Origin: Balanoglossus misakiensis
Taxonomy: Eukaryota > Animalia > Hemichordata
Direction of reading: 5' to 3'
Assembly: GCA_040954595.2 (NCBI GenBank)
Contig: CM082588.2
Span: 2,392,144-2,456,143 of the forward strand
DNA length: 64,000 nt
Positions 36,201 through 48,700 of the stretch are shown here, piece by piece. The notes below the pieces were generated by a model, which was not told the DNA's origin, made no database searches, and saw nothing but the letters and a program-made list of their open reading frames with translations. How positions within the stretch are numbered: the first letter of the stretch is position 1; each line of letters opens with the position of its first letter. Position numbers and translations under genes: made by a program.

Positions 36201-37840
36201 CACCACAAAGACTTGAAGACAACAGAGTTCACTGAGAACACCTTTCTGATTTCTTCCACGTTGTACTGTGATACAGCTCTCAATTCTTGGGGTTTCAATT
36301 CTTCAGACTCTCGAATTGCTTTGATGGCTCTCTCAGCAACTTCTGTCGGTGTAACACTACCGGATCTGTGGACAAATAAACAACACATAAATTTATCGAA
36401 TGATTGACTTGCCCAAGGGGAGACGATCGCAATTCGAAACGCACTCGTTCGTGGATCAATCAGGCCGCACAAATTAAGCACGTGGTGGACAGAAATTCAA
36501 GATGGCGGATTTCTACCATGTTTATCGCAATTTTACTTTGTCGTCTTTTCCTGTTATTTTGATAAATAAACGTTTCATTCATGTGATAGTATATTCCGCA
36601 TATAACTGTCGAAAGTACCTGTAAGCTTCATAGAAATCTGACAGCGACTCTCGACGGAAATCGCCGTCATTTGATTTCTCCACTTTGATCAAAGCATCCA
36701 AGTCCAGCGGACACTTTCCATCTCTTTTGGCCGCATCACCGGTGAACGGATGAAGAGGAAGAAACACTGGCGCTTCCGGTATGAGTACGTTCCTTAACAT
36801 ATCATAGTTTGCCTTCCTGTGGAAAGATATGAAATGTGTAATTTATTTAAGCAGATTCCATTACAGAAGTCAAGTTCTAAGGTCACGGTCGTCACTTACC
36901 TGAAAGCGTCCGGGCCAAGGAATGTAGTACCAATAAACTGAGAAAAGAATAGCCATTTAATTATGTAAGTAATCTCTCCGTTTTGAAGTAATTTATATTC
37001 GGAATGGGCTTAGGAAAAATCAAAGCAATAATTGCTTCACAAAATCTGACAATTAACAGACAAAGAGAAAACAGAATCTCTTTGTGGGTAGACTAAATAA
37101 AGCTTGTGTGACGACCACTTTCCTCGGCCATTCCTCGTCCATATGAAGTCATTAGATCGAAAAGGTACGGTCACCATATATTGCTGTTATTTTATGTAAG
37201 GTGTTTAAACTATAACAATGGGCTAAGTATGTTAGAACAATTACACAACAATGCACCTTTCACACACCGCCATTCCTGCCGAGTACTTCGCCTGGAAATG
37301 TCACATATTTTACCTGATCTGTACAACTTTATCGTGGAATGTGCGCATTAGAATTTTCACAATTCCCATCCCCTCCAAGCATTTGCCTGTGGAGGTGTAA
37401 GTCACTCTTACGACGACCTATCAATATCTTGATAATAAATCAAGTTGATAAAAGGGGGACCACAAAACACTCTATAAAAAACACGTAATACTTACCGAGT
37501 GTCCCAGTTTAGTGACAAGGGATAGTTTCCTACCTGAAAGACGTGGAATGGTGACCTGAAAAAAAAATGTAATATGCAGGTGTGAGACAGAAATAGTAAC
37601 AGTTAAAACTATTTCATCCGACAAACAGTTTCATGGAGCGGAAAATTCTCAGGATGCTGAAAAGAAAAACGAAATAAAAATCCCAACCGGATTCTTGAGA
37701 TTGTATTCTATTGGGAAGTTCGGTTTTCCCTTTGCCTTCTTTGTTATTTTCTGCGGTTGCCCAGTCACCCTCCTCAGGAAGAGATACCACACAGAGAGTC
37801 CGAACGCCGGGATCGCAGCAAGACCGAGCAGCAGCGACAT
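33271..37840 (-). CDS. Amidase-signature fatty acid amide hydrolase, plant-FAAH-like, with an N-terminal membrane anchor; about 15 exons
   Basis: Start MSLLLGLAAIPAFGLSVWYLFLRR. Catalytic Lys in DGVPVLVKEEL (~35950-35980); [68 protein letters not shown]; C-terminal [25 protein letters not shown]. Short GT-AG introns separate these segments. Confidence 0.88.
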
Positions 37841-39763
37841 GGTTGCTGGAATGTTGCGGACTGAATGACTCGGCCCATGGTGCCTTTCACTGAAATATAG
37901 GGGCAACCGGGGGTAAAGTTTACTCAAGGGTCGGGTCGGACACTGGTCAGGTTAATCGATCCTATTCAGTTTGGAAAGTGAAATGTGAAGAGGCCTGAAT
38001 AAATTATGCCACCAGTCCGCACGGATGACGGACTGTGTCCGGAGACATTTAACTCAGTCCACAGTCGCTTGTTTACCGGCTATCCAGTAAAAAACGTCTG
38101 TGGCCCAGTCATGTCTGGATGGACAGGGGATCGGAAAATCCAGACAATACTAGCCACATACCATCAAGAGGGACCCCGCCACGATAAACAACCGATAAGG
38201 ATACCTGGGCGTTGAGGGAGCTGTTTGCAATCCCAGTGTGCAACAAACACATTTCGTCATGGAAACGGGAATGTAAATTTTCCGGGACTTTCCAGGAGTA
38301 TATAAACCACACAAACTGTTTGCAAATACACAAAATTTCTGTCAGACATACACACACACACAACAAACGAGTCACAGACTGTATTATTTATCAGGATTTG
38401 TTATATACATTTATTTCATCGACATACGTAGTATATAAAGCCTTTTCGGGAGAAGACAAATAATGAAGAATTTTTTCTTACTCCTTTTTAAACAGACCAC
38501 ATTTTTATGAAAAAGGGGTACTAGCTAGTTTTGTTACCAAGAGAACACAGCTATGCAGCAGCAAAAAATAGTACTTGTGTCAAGATCCAATTTTACAGGG
38601 ACATCTTTTATTCTGGCAAAAAATTACTCCCGCAAAAAAATCCTCTCAATATTTATTGAACAAAAAGATTTCATACAATGTACACGTACACACATATCAC
38701 TGTGTCAATTATGCATAACTTGTCACCTTTGACCCAAGGGTCACAGGTCATTTAAGCTCTGCTCAAGTTTACACGAAATGTACTCCAGAAACTAGGATTT
38801 CTTTCAACATGAAAGTTACTCATACAATAGTTGTACATATAGCGTTATAAAAAAATAGAAAAGGCTCACAGTCCGTTTACCAATAAACACTTTTGAGTTG
38901 CAAATGCAACAGTTTTTTTCCTCAATCATAGAACCTGCAGTCTCACCACTGCAATTATTTCCACTTAAGATAAAGCACAGAAGACAAAAAAAAAAGAGAT
39001 GATTTCAGGTGTGTAATTAAATCAGTGGTTGAAGATTCAATTGCCCTGGATTTCCCTCGCAAAGACAGGGCTACCAAAAAAATACTTATGAACAAACAGA
39101 CATCAAATAAGCTCAAGATTGGAAACGGAACGGGTTGAACTACACTGAGATGTGGTGACAGGTGGCGGCATAAAATAAGTAAATAACACCCCCTCCCCCC
39201 ACCCTGCCCATTTCCATCCCTAACTATAAACTCATCAGAAAAGGAAAAAAAATCTATAAAGTTTTCTATATATAAACCTTGCACTTTTGAGTTCCCAGAG
39301 CCCACTGGGAGAAACACATATTTCCAACTGGCAAATCAGCTTCACTGTACTTCCTGTGTGTATAAAAATGTTGATTAACCAGTACAGCTGTAAATTCTTC
39401 GTTGCTATGTTTTTTATCTTTTCACTTTGTTTCAACCGCAACTTGCTTCAAAAAGTAAACACATGATGAAATTAATGACGTAAGCACCTAAGAAAATGCA
39501 CTGGTGACGTGAGACTCCATATAACTGGATGATCCCTCCTTTCCTTCTATCTCTCTCTCTTGCTTATTTGTGAAGTTAAAAAATCGAGTTGTTATATAAC
39601 TGTCAGGTGGAATTGCATCAATAGTATTGGTGGCAGTGGGTCGCGCATTTTCCTATACGTGTCCCTGTGGTTTTTCAAGCGTTATTAATCTCCGATCACG
39701 CACTATATACACGAAAAAGGCCCAGGTTTCCTTTTTTCACCCTGCGATGACGTCACAGTGGTA

Positions 39764-42700
39764 TCACGATTTTTCCAGGTTGTGTAACACCTCGGCTACC
39801 AGGGAATGCAGAGTTGTATCCAACGCGGGGGACATCACCAGGGAAAGCAATCGGCCTTGGTGGTGCCTGAACAGCGATCTGTTCTCCGGGACTCGAGCCA
39901 GACACACCAGCGTCACGGCCGCCCTCCTCATCATGTCGAGACTCGGCTGGGGCAGCTCCTCGCGGATCCCGCTCATAGCCAGCAGGGCGCGGTTACTCAT
40001 CGCGTTTATGGCAAGTTCATTGTCCTCAAGGAATGACAACAGCAGCGAGATGCTGGAATTCTGACACGCGATGGCCCGGCACACAGAGCTGTCACCTTGC
40101 GCCAGACTCGACAGTAGCACCACGGCAAACTCGCGAATGACCGGCTCCCGTCTGTCACCCAAGTACTGAACGAGGTTCTTGTTGAGCCTTTCCAGCCTGG
40201 CGAAAGGCGGCGTGGCTAGTACCATGTCCACGTTGTTGTCAAGCACACACAGTTTACACATTGTTTCGAGGCTCAGGCGCATAGGCGACAGCGGGGAGCC
40301 TGGAGGTAGTGTGGGTAATGGATCAAGCGCGTACGCAGACGGGCAAACAGCCCAGTGGAGTAGGCCATCCAGAAGGCTGAAGCTAATGTTTTCCGGGTAA
40401 ATGGAGAGATCCAACTTTCCGGCAATGTTCGCCAGCGTCACCATGGTGTTCTCGCGCAGTGAATTCAGACAGTCCCACCACCACTCGTCCTTCCCGATCA
40501 GGTTCTCGCATTCTTGGTCGGGGTCCTCCTTCATGTCGTCTTTCTCGAAGGGTTTCACGTCGCGATTCCTCACCGGGTGTCGGTGGTGAAGAAGGAGCAG
40601 TATGCCCAAGACGTAGAGAAATCCCGGGTGTTTGGACATCTCCAAGTCGTTCCCTGGAATGAAGGAGAGACTTCGGAGCACATTGGACAGGCACACACAC
40701 CTCCTGGCCAGCTCGTCTTGGGAGTCCGTAATCACGTTGAAGGGCGGGGAGTCGCGGTTATACGCTTCGTCTTCCAGAACTTTTGGCATGCGGAACAGAG
40801 CGATGTGGTCCTCGATCTTCCTCTCGATCTCATCACGGAAGTCACCCTTCTTGGCTTCCATCCTTAAAATCTCCTTCTCATTGCACTTCTTGGAGTCACT
40901 CAAAAGAGAGTCATTGTTTTCGAACCTAAGTATCACATGATTCGTCGTGTCACCACCACCCAGCTGCCAGTGTGAATTCCCCGTCTCAAATCCCTCGAAT
41001 TTATCCCACAGCTTCTCGTTTGAGTAGAATCCATTCAAGTCATCATCATCCAGTTTCACCAACTTAGTCTTGTCGCTTCCTTTCAGCTTGTCAAGATCCG
41101 CATTCATCAGGGCTTCTCGGATAAGTTCGTGCTCTGTTTTTTTACTATCATCATCATCTTCATCGCCATTATTGGTATCATCGTCGTCAACATCGCCGTT
41201 GTCATTATCATCATTGCTGACTTCACATTCATCGTTGTCATCTTCAGCGACAACGTTGCCATTGCACTTTGTATTCTCACTCTTAGTGTTTGCTTTTGCA
41301 CACAACTTCTCGGACTGCATGACCTCAGTGTCGTCCAGAACACCAAAAATTTCAATAATGCACCTGCGGTAGTGTTCCAGGAGGATCTCAAGGAGTCCGG
41401 GAAGTTGCTGGAGTTGGAAATAAGACACTGTGTTGTCGTCGTACAGAAGGATATTGAGTGTGTCTACTGCCCATGTGCTTTCGGCCAGCAGTCCCGACTT
41501 CAAGCACATCATGACACGCCAAGCTTCGACTGGGCCTAAGTGGGTAAGACAGGAAAAATGTGTCACTAATAATTTTGTCTGGACGTTCGGCTAGTTTCTC
41601 ATTAGACAGGTAGTACGAACATTTTTCATGATGCCACTGCCAACAGAAGAGGAATACTCACCCACATCCCTGGAGGACAGCTTCTTTCTGTTTTTCAGCA
41701 CTGGTGTGGTGGACTCCACACAGTTTGGAGGGAAGCTGATCTCTTTCTTGGGAGCCTGGGGGAAGCTGGAGGGTGGCATGGGCATGTGACCTTGCTGCTT
41801 CATGGCCTGCTTGCTCATCTTGTCCCTCTGCTGCATGGACATGGGTTGAGATGAGCGTGGTTGCAGGTGGAGGGGCAGAGTTGGGCCGTACGGCGGCAGT
41901 CCGTGATGACCCATGTTGTCGCCGAAGTGATGACCGGCAGTGGGCTTTTGGTGGACTGTGCCCCAGGACGGCGATGGACCGTGTGGCTCCCGCATCCGGA
42001 TTTGCTCCGGCATGTAATTTTCCCGGTGACTCTGCATGGGTCCTTGCCTTTGTGGGTATGGAAACTGGGAGTCGTTCCGGCTGTTCCAGGACATGGGACC
42101 ATCATGTGGGGCTTGAGGCATCACGGGACCAGGACCTTTAAAAGAAAAACACCAAGTGGAGTTATTTTAGGGGACAAACTCAGCTACTTCTACTAAATCA
42201 TCTTATCCTTGACAGACTTCTTCGTTGAATGCATGGGCTTCTAGCTGCATGAAGACAATTTTGATTATTGGTAATAAAAATACCTTGCTGAGGGACAGGA
42301 ACCTGATTGGGGCGTTCCCTGTAGTTGTGTGGGAAACCCATATGGTTGGGCATGTTGCGGTCAGCATTGGGATAAGCATTCTGTGGCCCTGGGCCTTGCT
42401 GGCTGTAGGGAGGTATAGGGAATGAGTCCTCCTGGTTCATAGGCGGTCGTGCCATTGCCTGACGTTTTTGTGGCGGCCCATACATATCACCCTGTAAAGA
42501 ATCACACATAGAATGCATATTACTTCCGGATAAAACCTTCAAATTTCTGAACGGAACTCCTTCCTTTAGAAGTAAACTCAACAGATCAACTATCTATGAT
42601 GTCTTACTGTCTCAATATTTTCACAGTGATCGTCCTGGTGACATGGATTCGGATTGCAGATTGAAGCACAAACCAGGACAGCTGGTCATCTCTGACTGAC

Positions 42701-45700
42701 ATATTTTTCAAGCTGGAATGGTACATTCAGACCTAAAAATCTTGAGACAGTAGCATCTTTGATTCTGTTCCCTACTCACAGTTTTATTTTGATAGCCTCC
42801 TTCCTTTGATGGGCTACCTACCGGTGGTGGTCTTTTCTGCGGGAAGGGTTGCGAGTACGCCTGCTGGGGTCCGGTTGGAGGTGGTGGTGGTGGTGGGGCT
42901 GGCTGCTGTTGGTACGGTTGCTGCCCTGGGAACGTCTGGGCGTAACCTTCGTGTGGGGTCTGCGGTCTGTGTCCTGGATGCTGCTGTGGGCCGTAGCGGC
43001 TCTGGTACATTCCCTGATCTGACGAGTTGGGTTGATACTGGGACATCATATTGCCGTGTTGGGGTGGTGGTGGGGGTGGCGGCGGTGGTGGGTGGGGCAC
43101 TGGTGCCTCTGGACCCATCTGGCCACTTCCTGCTTCAAACCTGGGGAACATAAAAAAGCAAATGGTTTCGTTATGACACTGATTTACAGTTATATGTCAA
43201 ACACACAGAAATAATGTACCATACACATAAATGAGACATTTTACGTTGAGTCTAAAAAACTTGGCACAAACAAGCAGGAAATGGCGCTTGTTGTGGTGTG
43301 GTTGATTAGATCCATGGTTCTCTTTAGCATGTGTGAGCCCAACTGTCCTACGAAGGAAAGCTGGTTATTAGGAGATGCCAACACTCTAGCGCCTAAAGCC
43401 AATAGATGAAAAGTAGCTGATCTGAAAATGAATTTAAGCCTGATCTCACCAGGTGCCAGTAGGCCACACACTTACCTTTCCCTCTCAAACTGGTTTCCAT
43501 ACTGGTACTGTGATCCCGGCCCTTGGTTCATTCTCCTCCTTGCTTCATACGGATCCATGGAGTTCCCCCTGTACATATCCGGGCGTCTTCCCGCATAAGA
43601 CTCTTGGGCATTCCTTCCAGCGGTGTACGGATCACTCATGGAATTCGGGGGATTGCCCATGGCATTGAATGGGTCACTGGGCGGCATGGCGTTATTCACA
43701 TACGGATCCACCGAGCCCATCCTGTTGACGCCTTCACCGTACGAGCCTCCTGGAACGTTGCCGCCCCCACTCCCGCCCGGGGGCATGGGCGGATACGACA
43801 TGCTCGTCGGCTGGTAGTTGCTGACGTCGTCCGCGAACGGGTCCTGGATACTGATGCTGTTGCTACTGCTGCTGCGCGACTGCATCATGGAGTTGTTGGG
43901 CATCATGTTGCTGTTGGGCATGGGCCCCATCATACTGGTGGGTGGCGGCGGTAACCCAGTCGGGGTCATCCGCGACGGCGTCATGTTTCCGGGCGGCATG
44001 GGCGACATGTTATTGGCGATTGACGAGGTGCTGTGAACGGATGGTGTCCGGGGGTATTCCTGGAACTGGTTTGGTGGCAAGCCTTCGGAATTGATCTGCG
44101 ATGGCGGCCTCTTTAGTTCACCTGAGATGTGGGAATTTGCTACTGAATGATGAAAATCGTCCTTGAATGGTTCTGTTGAGAGAGGAAGACCACGTTAATA
44201 CTGATATCATTTCCTTTTACAGCAGCAAGTGTAGTGTACAATGCAGGCCTCGACCGGCCGGGTCGACCTTTAACCCTGAATAAATCAACAAACACACTTC
44301 ACACTGCACTACTTAATTCTGCTGGTAGGGAGCTTAAAAAAGCCATGATAACTTCAATATCATAGTTCACATTACTATTAATGAGTCTCAATAATTTGGC
44401 TACCTGCTATATCCAAAATAACATGAACATTGAACATGTCAATGGATAGGCACACACCACATGATTTTGAGTTGAACTGAATTCTTGTCTGCAAGACGCC
44501 AGACACAGGTGGACATGACATGAAATAACACAGAGACAAAAAGACTCAGACGCACCTGGTGGCTCAGCACTAAGACGCTCTTTCTTCACTTTACCACATT
44601 CCACCTGGGGTAACAGATCATTAGGGCTGACCCCGCCTTTATCGTAGTGACACTCAAACGCCAGTAAATACTTGTTGTAATGCTTTCGTAGGGTAAATGC
44701 TGCATTGTTACTGCTGCCAATGCTCAAAGCCACGCAAATCTCCTTCCAGAGTTTCTTCTTTGTAACCTGTACAATTTGCATAAATATATGAAACATATTA
44801 ACATACAAACAAGCAGCAAAAAATAATCTAAGGTATATTTAGAGCATCATGATTGAACCACGTCAAATAATTTCCACTCACCTCTGTAACACCACCTTTC
44901 TCCTTGACTGCTCTATACAATTTGTACAAGTCTAATACTGTATTGCTCATCATTGGACACTTCTTAAGAGGCTCCCCCTTGTCTTCCATGAACCGAAGAA
45001 ATCTGTCCAGAAATGGGCCTCTCTCTGGGTCCTCGCAGATATTATATAGTTTCCTCAACTGGGGGAGAGAAAGAGGGACACATTACAGGGGTTTGTCTTA
45101 GTGAATAGAGATTTTTGCTTGCGCCCTCAAGAGGTAAGAGTGGTTACCTTTTTTTTCAAAATTACACAACGTACCAAGTCAAACAGTGTACTGGTAATTT
45201 GGAATGCTGGGACATAAAGTGAAGTATGGACAGAGGGGGCGCACTTTCAGTAACAATACATGTGACAGGAGTCTGTTTCATAAGCGTCACCACCTACCTG
45301 ATCATTGCATTCTCGTGGCCTTTCTTGCTTGGAAGACTGCAAACGAATGAGACGAAAAGAAAAGATTGAAACCAGGTTGAAGATATAAACCCAAAGTAAT
45401 TCATACCTCATTCTACCAGAAAAAGCAAAACTTGAGATTAGAAATTTTCTTGCACTCACCGCCGGACTCTGAGGTGTTCTCGGTAAGCTACTTTGTAAAC
45501 TGCTAGGGCTGGAGTGTTGAGTATCGTCATCTTGAGATGATAACTTGCTTCCAGAATCTGGTGATGGCAGTGGGGAGGCTCCCAATAAACCGATGGGCGG
45601 AGATGATGGCCGCGATGCACTGTCATCCTGGCAGAGGGACACAGAAAATTAATCAAGAACCAGATTTGCACAATCATATCCTAACACTGACCAGGACACT

Positions 45701-48700
45701 GACAATCACTTAGGAACAGTAACAAACAGATACAGATTAATAGAACTAATCCCCTCCCCACACATTAATTATGAACATACCTTGTTATGATGTGGTGCTT
45801 GTGCATCCACTGGTTCATCTTTTATCTGTACAGGGCTACCTTTCACGTTGTCAGAAAAACTGTTGACAGTGGATGACGTCGTCACCGGAGATGTTATGCT
45901 TTGAGTTGTAGAGGTGCCACCTGCCCCTAGAAGGTAGAAAAGTGTCTTCAGTATACAGCAAAGACTCTCAGTGGAAGGGGAGAAAAAAAGACCATTCTCT
46001 CGTTTGGTTTTTGGTCAAGTATAGGGCGTTCCAATAATTTCTTTATATGTATGGATGTCGCCTTCAACTCACCTGACTGTGTGGTAGCCACCAACGGCTG
46101 CGGCAGTGGACTCGCTCCAGGATTCTCCATCCCGCTGGACATTGCGTTGGTCATTTCGTTTTTCACGGGAGGCACAGTGTTAGGTGGGAAGCCCTGGTTG
46201 GGCTGCTGCTGGTGCTGTTGCCATTGCTGGTGCTGGTAGGAGGGTGGAAACGTTCTCTGGGGGTACTGGGGCGGCGGGTGGCGGTGGTACAGGGCGGGCT
46301 TGTTCTGTGCCGTGTTGGCGGCCGCCATGACCGCCGCTTGAGCTGCGGCCTGCGCGCCCCTGATCCCCGTCGGTCCATTGTTTGGTCCTGCGGGACTGAT
46401 TGGGGCAGTAGAGGGTGGCGGGTAATCGGCCCTCTGGTGCGGTCCATACTGCGGCATGGGCGATTTCATCCCACTGCTGCCGGAACTGAGCGGAGGTGGC
46501 CCTGACACTGCATTCATTCCGGCAGACGGAGATGACGGCATGCTGCCACTTGCACTGGCGTTGTAGCCCGCATACGACGAAGGCGGTGGCACATTCCCCG
46601 CACTATTCGGTGGCTGACTCCGCATGCGATTATCACTGAACGGCTGACCCATTCCGTGTACATTGCCACTATTCCCTGACATGTTAGGTCCATAACTGTT
46701 CATTTGGTTACTGTACCCAGACATCCCTTGCCTTGAAAAGTTTGCTAGAAAAAACAAAACAAAATCCAAGTTAGTTTTATAATATATTGTGATTCAATTT
46801 TAACTTCACTGTATCATCAATGCACATATCTACACACAGACACCTACCCAAGTTAAAACAGCCAACTTTCTCACATTAGCAGCATACTGAGAGTGGGAGT
46901 CTTTCTGATGTTTTGCGATGACTATGACACGTGTGAATGAGGAGTACCTTACTAGACATCTTTATATCAGCCATAAGATGTGTACTCCTGTGTGATACAT
47001 GCCAAGAAAGGGGACAGGAGCCCCCTTGCCCCCGAGATGATGTAAACGCCTTTCAGATGAAGATACTTTCAATTTAAAGCATTTTTTTATTGTTCAAGTC
47101 AAAATGATGCCTTTTACACATCCACTCACTCCACTGATATGTGAAAATCTGCAACACCAACAGTGCAAATTTGACACACACACACACACACTAATCTTCT
47201 AAGCTACTTTTTTTCAAAACCAAATCTTTCAGCGAGACTTCTCTCACCTTGTTGGTGATATTGGTTCATGTTTAGCCCGTACCCGCTGGGAGGTGGCGCG
47301 TTCATAGAATTGCTCTGTTGATAGGGTGGCATTTGCTGGGGGCCCTGCATCGTAGAGGGCGCCATGGGCGTGGAATGTGGCGACAGTTTGGGTCCTTGTC
47401 CGTACCCTGATATCGAGGAGCCACCACCGCTACCACCCATATGGGATGAAGCTTGCATAGCAGATCCATGCATTTGTGGATTATAACCTACACCAAAATA
47501 ACACAGCGAGCATTTACAGAACCTCAGAGATTTTTATTAGTAGTTTGCTACGAACACAGGCAGACCTCACTACTGTTTTCAATACCAGTGAGAGTTAAAG
47601 AGAGCTATGAACGGTGAATGGCGGACAAATAGTTCATTCTCTGTCGTAATTTTGTAGCATAACTTCCAGACTCTGAGATTGTCGATAATGTCTTATTTTG
47701 AGTAAATTAAAATTAACACACGCACACACACATATACACAGATTTTATTCAGCAACAGTACTGGCACCCATTCATATCCAACATGTTTTTTCTAACAAGA
47801 TGGTGACATAAACACTTTATATAATAAACATCTGAATATAACACTGTGTATTAGACTGAGTGGGGGTTCTGATGTTCTTTGGCAAAGGTGTTTTCACAAG
47901 CGTTGAAACTGGTACGGAAGCATGATTATATGACGATGATTTCATTACAAGTCTTCAACGCTTAATAAGTTAAATTAAAATAATCGTACATTTATTGTTT
48001 TAGAAATTTTCGAGGGGTATTATACCTTTAACCCCTTTTGTCACTGTGGTCTAGTCCAAACCATTGCTTTCTATGGTAATGTTTGGCCTCGACCAATGAG
48101 AAAGGGTTGACATAAATCACTGGCAATAACTTTGTGAAAATTGACTTCATTTTGGTGAAATATGTTCTGAAAAGCGTGGTGAGTACAAATGTTGAACAGG
48201 CAATTACCTCTGTCAATGGGTCTTTCTTGCATTGGCATCGGAGACTGGCTGAGGGAAGGGTGATTAAGGTTTTCTGCTTGACTTGAAGGCGGAGGTGGCA
48301 TCTGGGTTGGTGGTTGTGGGGTCATTGACCTGCCTGTAATAACACAAACAAATTGACTTAATTTAGACAGATGCACACACAACAACTTCGACATTCAAAC
48401 AATTTTCATCTTTGATAGTTTCAAGACAAAACAAGATTTTTCACAACTATGAATTTTCTTTACATATAAGATGTGCTGATAAGGCAAAATACTGGGCATT
48501 TCATCACAATTCAGGGATTCAGGCAAGACAGTATTGTAGATACAAAACAACAACATAGAACACTGACAATATAACCAAAAGTTAGAACCTTAAAGATTTA
48601 CCTTGCACACTAGCTGGTGACATGGACGACCTTGAAATATGACTAGCTGGTGACCCGACCGGCGATGGCGACGGTCTCAGAGCAGAAACCGACGGATGGA

